From contig CBDUPA010000004.1 in the NCBI GenBank assembly GCA_965368975.1, forward strand, positions 256,001 through 320,000: a stretch of DNA of 64,000 bases. Reading direction: 5' to 3'. The notes beneath the pieces are model-generated. The model had not been told where the DNA came from, ran no database searches, and worked only from the letters and a program-made list of their open reading frames with translations. This stretch comes from an uncultured bacterium. GTDB lineage: Bacteria > Acidobacteriota > Thermoanaerobaculia > Multivoradales > JAHZIX01. The position numbers and the translations under genes are program-made. This document shows, piece after piece, positions 38,761-46,954 of the stretch (its first letter is position 1; the number at the start of each line of letters is the position of its first letter).

Positions 38761-39659
38761 GGCACCTGGGACTCCTGACTTTTTTCCTCGGCGTCCTCGC
38801 GGCAATGCTCTCGACGGCCGGCCTGCCAGCACAAGAGCGACCAGCACAAGAACTCGCTGAGGGCATTACCGCACTCCAACGCGGCGATGCCGCCTGGGAG
38901 CGCCGTGCCGAAGGTCTGGCAGACGGTTACGCTGCCGCGGCTGCGATCACCGAGGCCATCGAGGCCTACGAGGAAGCCGTTGCAGGCGCGCCCAGCGATC
39001 TCGAAGCGCACTGGAAGCTGATGCGCGCCATCTACTTCAAAGGCGAGTTCGTGGTCCGGGGCAAGGACGAGAAGCAGAAGATCTTCGCCCGCGCCGTCGA
39101 GGTGTTCCAGGCCGCAGTGGTGCTGGTCGAAGCGCAGGCCGCAGAGGACGACCTGGAGGAAGCCAGGCCGGTAGACCTGGCCAAGGCGCTACGCGGCGTC
39201 GACCACGGACTCGAGGTCTTCTTCTGGGGGGCTGTCAACTGGGGGTTGTGGGGGGACAATTTCGGCGCTCTGGCAGCGGTGCGCCAAGGCGTCGCGGGAC
39301 GCCTTCGTGACTACTCTCAGGCGGTCGTCGAACTAGATCCGAGCTATGACGACGCCGGTCCGTTGCGCTTGTTGGGACGGCTCCACGCGCTGGCACCCAA
39401 GGTGCCGTTCTTCACCGGTTGGATCGATCGCGATCAGGCCATCGAGCACCTGGAAGAGGCGATGCGCTTGGTGCCGGAGCACCCGTACAACCGGTTGTTC
39501 CTAGCTGAGGCGTTGCTGGAGTTTCGGCCTAGGCGCAAGCAGGAAGGCCTGGGCATGCTGCGGGCCTTGATCGCCGCGCCGGTGCCGTCAGGGCGCGAGG
39601 TGGAGAAGGCGCGGGCGGAGGAGCTGGCGCGGCAGTTGCTGCAAGCGCACGGCAGCTAG
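38757..39659 (+). CDS. Secreted TPR-like helical protein
   Basis: Signal peptide; helical repeats; [20 protein letters not shown] motif; ATGA coupling to ribBA. Confidence 0.7.
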   Translation: MRHLGLLTFFLGVLAAMLSTAGLPAQERPAQELAEGITALQRGDAAWERRAEGLADGYAAAAAITEAIEAYEEAVAGAPSDLEAHWKLMRAIYFKGEFVVRGKDEKQKIFARAVEVFQAAVVLVEAQAAEDDLEEARPVDLAKALRGVDHGLEVFFWGAVNWGLWGDNFGALAAVRQGVAGRLRDYSQAVVELDPSYDDAGPLRLLGRLHALAPKVPFFTGWIDRDQAIEHLEEAMRLVPEHPYNRLFLAEALLEFRPRRKQEGLGMLRALIAAPVPSGREVEKARAEELARQLLQAHGS

Positions 39660-39690
39660 TTGGCCGGCTTCCGCGCTGGTGGGCTCCAGG

Positions 39691-40524
39691 CTAGAGAGCC
39701 TCGGCCACCGGCAACGCCGGATCGAGCAACCAAATGCCCAGCAACATCACCGGCGCTCCGTAGAGCAGGGCGTCCAGGCGGTCGTAGAAGCCGCCGTGTC
39801 CCGGTAGCAAGGTGCCCGAGTCCTTGACCCGCGCGCCGCGCTTGAACATCGACTCGACCAGGTCACCCAGCTGCCCGGCGATGGCCGTGACCGAGGCGAT
39901 GATCAACAGCTTCGGTTCGAGCGTGTCGAGGTGCCAGAAGCTCCACATCACCGTCACGATCCAGCCGGTCACCAGGTGGGCGGCGGCGCCTTCCCAGCTC
40001 TTGTTGGGGCTGGTGACGGGGGCCATCTTGTGTTTGCCGAAGCGGCGACCGACGTAGAACGCGGCGGCGTCGCCCAGCCAGACGATGGCGAGCAGCAGGA
40101 TGACGATCATGGGCCCCAGCTCGCGCAGTTGCACGACGCTCGCAACCGGCAGCGCGAAGTAGACCGCGCCGAAGCTCAGGGCACCCACCAGACTCAGGGA
40201 TTCGCTCATCTCGGCTTGCCGGAAGAGCGCTGCGAAGGCGGTGACCATGGAGAGCACCAGGAGGCCCGCGAACACACCCTCGTGCAATTCGAGGGGCGTC
40301 AGCTCCGGCAGCGGCATGCACAGCGGGTAGGCGAGTAGCGGAATGAGAACCGGTACGAACCACACCGGAACCTTTGGACTCCAGTGCCGGGCGATGCGGC
40401 CGTACTCGACGGCGGCAGCCGCCATGGCCAGCGCGATCAGGGCAAAGAAGGCGGATCTGGGGAGCCAGAAGATTCCGGCGACGACCAGGATGCTGCCAAA
40501 GATGCCAGTCAGCAGGCGCGCCAT
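39691..40524 (-). CDS. cdsA: Phosphatidate cytidylyltransferase
   Basis: WLGDAAAFYVGR.FGKHK...SPNKSWEG, GDLVESMFKR..VKDSG.LLPGHGG.YDRLD. Confidence 0.95.
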   Translation of the reverse strand: MARLLTGIFGSILVVAGIFWLPRSAFFALIALAMAAAAVEYGRIARHWSPKVPVWFVPVLIPLLAYPLCMPLPELTPLELHEGVFAGLLVLSMVTAFAALFRQAEMSESLSLVGALSFGAVYFALPVASVVQLRELGPMIVILLLAIVWLGDAAAFYVGRRFGKHKMAPVTSPNKSWEGAAAHLVTGWIVTVMWSFWHLDTLEPKLLIIASVTAIAGQLGDLVESMFKRGARVKDSGTLLPGHGGFYDRLDALLYGAPVMLLGIWLLDPALPVAEAL

Positions 40525-40589
40525 GACTCAGTTCAGCCGTGCAAGGCCGGCTGGAAAAGCAGGCGTGGGTGAGGTTCGCGTCAGTTGGT

Positions 40590-41465
40590 TCATACGGAGC
40601 TGCCGGAGGGTATCACACCGTCGCACTCCTCTTGAGTGGGGCCCCAGGCATCGGGGTCGTAGACCTCGAGCGGCGTGCAGGATGCTGGATAGCTGACTTC
40701 GTAGAGCACCAGGCCGTGAGCCGGTGCGTTCGGTCCGGCCTCCCGACGCGGCCGACCCGTGAGGAGCTGGGCGAAGGCCTCGGGCGTGCGCTCGCCGCTC
40801 GCCACTTGCAGTAGCGTGCCGACGAGGCCGCGCACCATGCCTCGCAGGAAGCCTTGACCCCGGATGCGCAGTTCCAGCAGTGCCGGATCGTCGCTGTCCT
40901 GGTGCCACTCGGCGCTGTCGAGCCGGCGCACAGGGCAGTCGTGATTGCCGCCGATGCGCGCGAAGGCGGTGAAGTCGTGACGGCCGGGGAGGATGGCGCT
41001 GACGCGGCGGAGCACGTCGAGGTCGAGATCGCGGCCGGCGGTGAAGCCGGTGGCGGAGACAGTCGTGAAGGCCTCGAGCGGCGAGAGGAGGCGGCGCTGG
41101 GCCAGACGGTAGCGGTATTCCTTGGAGATGGCGGAGCGCTGAGCGTGGAAGTCGCTGGGCATGCGGGCGGCGGCGAGGACGCGGATGTCGGCGGGGAGAT
41201 GGTGGTCGAGACCGTGGACCAGGGCTGGCAGCGGCAGCGGTGGCGTCGCGTCCGGCAAGCGGAAGTGGACGACCTGGGCGCGTGCGTGGACGCCGGCGTC
41301 AGTGCGGCCGGAGCCGATGGTGCGCGGGCGGGCGTCGATGCCGTGTGTCGCGAGCTGTGTCAGCAGTGCTTGCTCCAGCACCTGCTGCACGCTCAGCGCG
41401 TTGTTCTGAAACTGCCAGCCGGCGTAGGCGGTGCCGAGGTAGGAGACGGTGAGGCGGTAGGTCAT
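40590..41465 (-). CDS. truA: tRNA pseudouridine 38-40 synthase
   Basis: YLGTAYAGWQ, GSGRTDAGVHA, GRHDFTAF, GFLRGMVR, APAHGL; ATG at 41465 overlaps the upstream TGA. Confidence 0.95.
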   Translation of the reverse strand: MTYRLTVSYLGTAYAGWQFQNNALSVQQVLEQALLTQLATHGIDARPRTIGSGRTDAGVHARAQVVHFRLPDATPPLPLPALVHGLDHHLPADIRVLAAARMPSDFHAQRSAISKEYRYRLAQRRLLSPLEAFTTVSATGFTAGRDLDLDVLRRVSAILPGRHDFTAFARIGGNHDCPVRRLDSAEWHQDSDDPALLELRIRGQGFLRGMVRGLVGTLLQVASGERTPEAFAQLLTGRPRREAGPNAPAHGLVLYEVSYPASCTPLEVYDPDAWGPTQEECDGVIPSGSSV

Positions 41466-42844
41466 GAGTTTTTTCCCGGGTATGAGCGCCCCGCCTCGGC
41501 TGCGCGCCAGGTGGGAAAGCGCAGCAAGAGCACCGCGAACGGGAGCCAGATCGCCAGGTAGATCCAGGGCCACAGCTCGATGCCGGCGTTCTGCAGCACG
41601 GGTAGCTGAGGCAGGTAGGACAACGGTAGCAAGAAAGACAGCGCGAGCCAGGCCTGCTGGCGGCACAGCGCCGCCCACGGGAGCACCCACAGCAGGTACC
41701 AGGGGTAGACGGTGGCCGAGCACAGCAGCAGGCCGCCGAAAAGCCAGCCGGTGGCGGCTACGGGATCGTCGAACCAAGGAGGCTTGCGCCGCAACGGCCA
41801 GGGGGTCAGGGTGCGCAGCAACAACAGGCCCATGACCCCGGCGAGCAGCAACTTGGCGAGCAGTTGCGGATAGTTGAAGGGGTAGAGGCGATTCCAGGCG
41901 TTGTGGTGGCCGGTGAGCTGTTTCATGCCGTCGAGCGTTGCCTCGACAGCAGCCGGTATGTGTAGGGCGTCGAGCAAGCGCCACAGGGGCTCGAACAGTG
42001 GACCGTTGAATTCCCAGGAGACGCCGTAGATCAGCAAGCCGGGGGGCACGCCGCCGACGCTGAGAAGCAACGGCAGCAGGCCGGCGGTGAGCGCCAGCAC
42101 GGCGGCGGCCAGGAACCACCGTGACCGCCCGCTCTGCCGGCTCCACATCGGAATCAGCGGTGCCGGAGCCAGCTTGGCGAGCACGCCGGCTGCCGCCGCG
42201 ATACCGGCGAGCCCCACGAGTCGCACTCTGCGGCCGAGGCGCGCGTCCCGACTCGCTTGCAGCAGAGCCACGGTGGCAGCGACCGCGAAGACGCCGAGCG
42301 CGTCGACGTGGCCCATACCGGAGACTTCCAAACTGACGAGGGGGTTCCACGCGTACCACCGGATACGGTTCAGCGGCAAGCCACGTCGCCGTGCGATGTA
42401 CACTAAGAGCATGCAGGTGCCGAGGTCGCACAGCGTCAACAGCACCCTGAGCACCCACAGCTCTGCCTCGGAATCCGCACGACCTGCAGTGGAGAATCCC
42501 TCCGCGGAGGCCGCAACGGTGAACATGGCCATGGCCAGCGGTGGGTAGACTGTCGGGACGTGCTGGTGGTGCAGGCGCTGCCACAAGGCGTCCAGTGATG
42601 GATCCTGCCGCAGCGGCGCCAGAGCCGGATCTTCCGGCGCCAGCAGGTACGGGTTGTAGCCCTCGACCACCAACCGTCCGTCCCACAAGTAGCGCAGAAT
42701 GTCGTTGGAGAGCAGCGTCGGGTCCAGGCTCAGGGCCAGCAGACGCAGCACTGCCGCGACGCCGAGCAAGAGGAAGAGCCGCGAACGCAATGCAGTGGAT
42801 GATGCCCGAGGCGAATCTGGAACTGGGGGCTGTGGTGCTGGCAC
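41462..42844 (-). CDS. GT-C fold membrane glycosyltransferase (GT87/DUF2029-like)
   Basis: LSNDILRYLWDG...NPY, TVYPPLA, YAWNPL, GHVD, WEFNG, TVYPWY; multiple TM helices. Start uncertain (GTG 42844 or TTG 42790). Confidence 0.82.
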   Translation of the reverse strand: MPAPQPPVPDSPRASSTALRSRLFLLLGVAAVLRLLALSLDPTLLSNDILRYLWDGRLVVEGYNPYLLAPEDPALAPLRQDPSLDALWQRLHHQHVPTVYPPLAMAMFTVAASAEGFSTAGRADSEAELWVLRVLLTLCDLGTCMLLVYIARRRGLPLNRIRWYAWNPLVSLEVSGMGHVDALGVFAVAATVALLQASRDARLGRRVRLVGLAGIAAAAGVLAKLAPAPLIPMWSRQSGRSRWFLAAAVLALTAGLLPLLLSVGGVPPGLLIYGVSWEFNGPLFEPLWRLLDALHIPAAVEATLDGMKQLTGHHNAWNRLYPFNYPQLLAKLLLAGVMGLLLLRTLTPWPLRRKPPWFDDPVAATGWLFGGLLLCSATVYPWYLLWVLPWAALCRQQAWLALSFLLPLSYLPQLPVLQNAGIELWPWIYLAIWLPFAVLLLRFPTWRAAEAGRSYPGKNS

Positions 42845-44313
42845 TGTATTACTTGGTGCTCGGCGTGCTGTCGCTCTACGGCGTGCACCGGTCCTACCTG
42901 GTGTGGCTGTATCTGCGGCATCGGCACCGCCGGGTCGAGCTGCCACCGCAGCCCGCCGAGTGGCCGAAAGTGACGGTGCAGCTGCCACTTTACAACGAGA
43001 TGTACGTCGCAGAGCGCCTGATCGATGCCGTCTGTGCGCTGCAATATCCGACAGACCGGTTGCAGATCCAGGTGCTCGACGATTCGACCGACGAGACCCG
43101 TGACATCGTCGCGGCATGCGTCGCCCGGCATCGGCAGTGTGGCGTCGACATCGAGCATCTGCACCGTCGGGATCGCGAGGGCTACAAAGCGGGAGCGCTG
43201 GAGGCTGGCCTGGACACAGCCAGCGGTGAGCTGATCGCGGTGTTCGACGCCGACTTCGTGCCGACGTCCGACTTCCTGCAAGTCACGGTGCCGTACTTCC
43301 AGGACGCCGAGATCGGTATGGTACAGGCACGCTGGGAGCACCTGAATCGGGAATCGGGTCTGCTGACCCGCGTTCAGGCGATCTTTCTCGACGGCCACTT
43401 CCTCATCGAGCACACGGCGCGCAATCGTGAGGGTTGTTTCTTCAACTTCAACGGTACCGCTGGGATCTGGCGTCGCCGAGCGATCGAAGAGGCCGGCGGC
43501 TGGCAGCATGACACGCTGACCGAAGACCTCGACTTGAGCTACCGCGCGCAGCTGGCGGGCTGGCGCTTCCTGTACTTGCCAGATCTTGCGGTGCCGTCGG
43601 AGCTTCCCGCGGACATCCGGGGCTTCAAGAGTCAGCAGCACCGCTGGGCCAAAGGCTCGGTGCAGACCGGTCGCAAGTTGGTCTGGCGGGTGCTGCGTGC
43701 GTCGCTGCCTTGGCGCGTCAAATCCGAGGCGTTGGTGCACCTGACCAACAACGGTGCTTATCTGCTGATGTTGTTGCTGTCTTTGTTGGTGTTTCCGGCC
43801 ATGTACCTGCGCCGGGGACAGTCGCTGGACGTGCTGCTGTGGATCGATCTGCCACTCTTCGTCGCCGCGACGGGTTCGGTTCTTCTCTTCTACATGGTCA
43901 GCCAGATGGCGCGCGGAGACGGCTGGGCTCGGCGACTGTGGCAGCTGCCGTCGCTGATGGGAATCGGGATCGGCCTGTCCGTGAACAACTCGCGAGCCGT
44001 GGTCGGCGGCTTGTTCCAGCGCGGCGGAGTGTTCCATCGCACGCCCAAGTATCGCTTGCAGGACGGTAGCAGCGGCGCTGCATCGGGAGTTGTGCCCAAG
44101 GCGCCGGTGCAGTACCGAGCTCGGCGCAACGTGTCGGAGTGGGTCGAAGGGTTGCTCGCGCTCTATCTCACCGCCTGCTGCGTCGCGGCTATCTACTATC
44201 AGATGTGGTTCTCGTTGCCGTTCCTCTTTCTCTTCTGGCAGGGCTACTGCTACATGTTCGCGCTCTCTCTGCGAGGTGCGAGGCCGGTGTTGCCCGCCCG
44301 AGTACCAGCTTAG
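42799..44313 (+). CDS. Processive GT2 membrane glycosyltransferase (cellulose/mannan synthase-like)
   Basis: VQLPLYNE, LDDSTD, KAGAL, FDADF, TEDLD, QQHRW (QxxRW); start among ATGs at 42790/42799/42802. Confidence 0.92.
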   Translation: MMPEANLELGAVVLALYYLVLGVLSLYGVHRSYLVWLYLRHRHRRVELPPQPAEWPKVTVQLPLYNEMYVAERLIDAVCALQYPTDRLQIQVLDDSTDETRDIVAACVARHRQCGVDIEHLHRRDREGYKAGALEAGLDTASGELIAVFDADFVPTSDFLQVTVPYFQDAEIGMVQARWEHLNRESGLLTRVQAIFLDGHFLIEHTARNREGCFFNFNGTAGIWRRRAIEEAGGWQHDTLTEDLDLSYRAQLAGWRFLYLPDLAVPSELPADIRGFKSQQHRWAKGSVQTGRKLVWRVLRASLPWRVKSEALVHLTNNGAYLLMLLLSLLVFPAMYLRRGQSLDVLLWIDLPLFVAATGSVLLFYMVSQMARGDGWARRLWQLPSLMGIGIGLSVNNSRAVVGGLFQRGGVFHRTPKYRLQDGSSGAASGVVPKAPVQYRARRNVSEWVEGLLALYLTACCVAAIYYQMWFSLPFLFLFWQGYCYMFALSLRGARPVLPARVPA

Positions 44314-44444
44314 TCCCCGCCAGTCCGCTTACAAGAAAGCCAGCCGTGCACAAGAAAGCCGCCCGAGACCAGGTGGGCGGCGATGAGGAGAGGAGAATCG
44401 ACCTTCGGAGGGCGTCGGTCAGAAGGTCGGGTCGGAGGATTACG

Positions 44445-45521
44445 TTAGAAGGTGGGTAACTGTCCAGTGACTCGTTGGGTCTGGGGCTGCGCCCCGGTGT
44501 TGCGTACGAACTGGGTGACCGCGCCAGCGATCTCGTCTTGCTCGTAGACGCACAGATCCTCGGTCATGTCGGTGCTGAAGAGTGTCGCGCGGCGTTCGCC
44601 TGCGCCGAACCAGGTGCCGCCGGATTGCCAGCTGTAGTCGGTACAGCCGCCTTCGACGCTGAACGGTTGAAAGAACGAGGTCTTGCACTGTCCCGCCTGG
44701 AAGCCGACGCGGTTGCCGGCGAAGGCTAGGTTCAGTTCACGGCGCGCCGTCTCAGTCGCCTGTCCGCGCTCGAAGATGAAGCGACCATCCGAGTTACGGG
44801 CGTCGCGGATCACCAGGCCATCGCGGAAGATGAAGGCATCGTCGACAAAACCGCCGTCGCCGCAGTCGGTGTCTTCCTGCAGTGTGTTGTGCACCACGTA
44901 GAGGAACTGGTCATCCGCGCGCTGGATCACTGGTGGCGTTATGGGTGGGGCGAACAAGCCGCGGACGAAATTCCACGCGGTGTGAGTGATGTCGAGTACT
45001 TCGTCGCTGCACCGAGTGCCAAAATTGTCGGTGACGTTAGCGTTTCCGAGCACCATGTGGTTGCTGCGGTTACCCTTGAGTCCGAACCAGCTGAAGGTGC
45101 CCCACTGTCCGATCTCGTCAGACGGCAGATCAATACCCGGGGCGATACTCGCGAAGACGTCGCAGGCTCCTTCCAAGGTCGCCACGCGAGTCGCCGCGAG
45201 TTCTTGGTGGAGGAAGGCCAGCCCACCGGGGCCGAGATCGTGACGGAATATCGTCAGGGTGCCGTCCGGAGCTGTGTTGAAGAGGACCACCAAGCCGTCT
45301 CGGAACACCGCGGCCAGGGCTTCGCCGGTGCCTTCAGGGTAGGCACGTACCTCGTGTAGACGTAGCAGCAGCCGCTCGCCTTGCGGCGCAGCATCGGCGA
45401 CCGTTGGAGTCACGGCAGGCGTTGGCGCGAGAGACGTGGCGCGAGCGTCGCTGGTAGGCGTGAGCAGGAGGGTGGTAGTCAGCAGGGCGGTCAGTGACGA
45501 CAGCAGGCGACGGGTAGACAT
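44445..45521 (-). CDS. Secreted hypothetical protein with two internal repeats (paralog A)
   Basis: GAGGA SD; signal peptide; FRDGLV...C...WFG...R...C module twice; clearly similar to 45674..46771. Confidence 0.8.
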   Translation of the reverse strand: MSTRRLLSSLTALLTTTLLLTPTSDARATSLAPTPAVTPTVADAAPQGERLLLRLHEVRAYPEGTGEALAAVFRDGLVVLFNTAPDGTLTIFRHDLGPGGLAFLHQELAATRVATLEGACDVFASIAPGIDLPSDEIGQWGTFSWFGLKGNRSNHMVLGNANVTDNFGTRCSDEVLDITHTAWNFVRGLFAPPITPPVIQRADDQFLYVVHNTLQEDTDCGDGGFVDDAFIFRDGLVIRDARNSDGRFIFERGQATETARRELNLAFAGNRVGFQAGQCKTSFFQPFSVEGGCTDYSWQSGGTWFGAGERRATLFSTDMTEDLCVYEQDEIAGAVTQFVRNTGAQPQTQRVTGQLPTF

Positions 45522-45599
45522 GGGCATTGTCCTCAAGCGTTTCAGGGGTTATGCAATGGGCATCTGTCATGCAGAGCCTGTTTACTGAGCTTTTGGACT

Positions 45600-45628
45600 A
45601 TGTTATTTGGCCATAATGACGGTGTCAA
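45600..45628 (-). promoter_or_regulatory. Sigma70-type promoter of paralog A
   Basis: Minus strand TTGACA, 17 bp, TAACAT. Confidence 0.7.
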
Positions 45629-45673
45629 GTCTACGTTGGACAATGTGCAGAGACAGCATGCGGAGAAGGGACC

Positions 45674-46771
45674 TCAGCGGTCGGGCAAGTAGCCGGTGAC
45701 GTGGTGCGTACGGTCCTGGGCGCCGGTGTTGCGCAGGAGTTGCGTGACGGCACCGGCGATCTCTTTCTGTTCGAAGGTGCAGCGTCGCACGGACGCTTGT
45801 GACCCGTAGAGGGTCGAGCGCCGATTCTTGGCGCCGTACCAGGTGGCGCCGGACTGCCAGGTGTAGTCGCCGCAACCGCCGCTGACGGTGAAAGGTTGGA
45901 AGAACCAGACCTTGCACTCGCCACCCTGGAACCCCACCCGGTTGGTTGTCAGCGCCGTGTTGAGTTCGCGCAAGGCGGTACCGGTCGCCTGGCCGCGCAT
46001 CAGGCCGTAGCCGCCGCTGTAGGCCTGCGCGTTGCGGATCACCAGACCATCACGGAAGACGAGGTAGTCGTCGATGAAGCCATCGTCGCCACAGACGGGA
46101 TCTTCCTGGAAGCTGTTCTGCACCAAGTAGAGCACTTCGTCGTCGGCTCGGTTCAGCTGGGGGGGCGTGACCGGCGGATCGAGGGGACGTTGAATCAGGC
46201 CCGAGACTCTCAGGCTCAGCGACGTCAGGTCGTCGCTGCAGATGTTGCCGAAGTTGTCGGCGACATCGCTATAGCCGAAGCGCAAGTGGTTGCTGCGGCT
46301 CCGGTTGCCGAACCAGCTGAGGACACCGCTGCGGCCGGTGGCACCGTGGGGCAGGTCGAAGGCGGGGGCCAGCGTCCAGGGCAGGTCACAGTCGGCCAGC
46401 TGCATGCCGATCTGAACCCGGCGCAGCTCGCGGTGCAGGTCGGCGAGGTCTGTGGGCCGTGCATGGGCCCGGAAGACGCTGAGCTTGCCGCTCGGCGTCG
46501 TGTTGAAGAGCACGGTCAGGCCGTCGCGGAAGACGAACGCGAGCACTTCGCCGACGCCGTTCGGGTAGGTGACGGTTTCGTGGACGCGCAGCAGGAAGCC
46601 TTCGGCTGGATCCGGCTGCTTGTCCTCGTCAGGGTCACCGAAGTCCTTTGCGCCAGCGCCGGAAAGGTCGTCTTGCCAGCTCTGGGCCGTGGCGGGAGCC
46701 ACGCCGGTGGCCAGCAGGACCGCGAGCAGCAACAGGCTGGAGACGAAGATGTTCGGGCGGTGCGTGAGCAT
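45674..46771 (-). CDS. Secreted hypothetical protein with two internal repeats (paralog B)
   Basis: GAGAGG SD before ATG 46771 (alternative 46843); signal peptide; same duplicated FRDGL/WFG-WYG/Cys module. Confidence 0.8.
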   Translation of the reverse strand: MLTHRPNIFVSSLLLLAVLLATGVAPATAQSWQDDLSGAGAKDFGDPDEDKQPDPAEGFLLRVHETVTYPNGVGEVLAFVFRDGLTVLFNTTPSGKLSVFRAHARPTDLADLHRELRRVQIGMQLADCDLPWTLAPAFDLPHGATGRSGVLSWFGNRSRSNHLRFGYSDVADNFGNICSDDLTSLSLRVSGLIQRPLDPPVTPPQLNRADDEVLYLVQNSFQEDPVCGDDGFIDDYLVFRDGLVIRNAQAYSGGYGLMRGQATGTALRELNTALTTNRVGFQGGECKVWFFQPFTVSGGCGDYTWQSGATWYGAKNRRSTLYGSQASVRRCTFEQKEIAGAVTQLLRNTGAQDRTHHVTGYLPDR

Positions 46772-46872
46772 GCGGTGGAGCCTCTCTGCTGGTGAGTCCG
46801 CGGAGTGAGTCGTGGTCGTCGAGGAGCGATGGTCCTGTGACATGGAGCCTGGTGGCTCGAAATTCAGTGTTT

Positions 46873-46901
46873 ATGCTATTAGGGCATGGGCGATGTGTCA
46901 A
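46873..46901 (-). promoter_or_regulatory. Sigma70-type promoter of paralog B
   Basis: Minus strand TTGACA, 17 bp, TAGCAT. Confidence 0.7.
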
Positions 46902-46954
46902 GCGCTCGTGGTCGATACAATCCGCGGCAGGAAGGGCCATTTCGAGGAGGATCT

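Noticed and set aside
41466-42686. Apparent N-terminal fusion on TruA (698-aa ORF)
   Set aside because: Alternative frame of the GT-C gene; TruA homology begins at ATG 41465.
44331-44430. Short direct repeat ACAAGAAAGCC and two hairpins between convergent genes
   Set aside because: Best explained as ordinary terminator-like structures; not enough evidence for an ncRNA.
46844-46954. LexA/SOS box upstream of polB
   Set aside because: No CTGT-N8-ACAG, GAAC-N4-GTTC or GTTC-N7-GTTC pattern visible.
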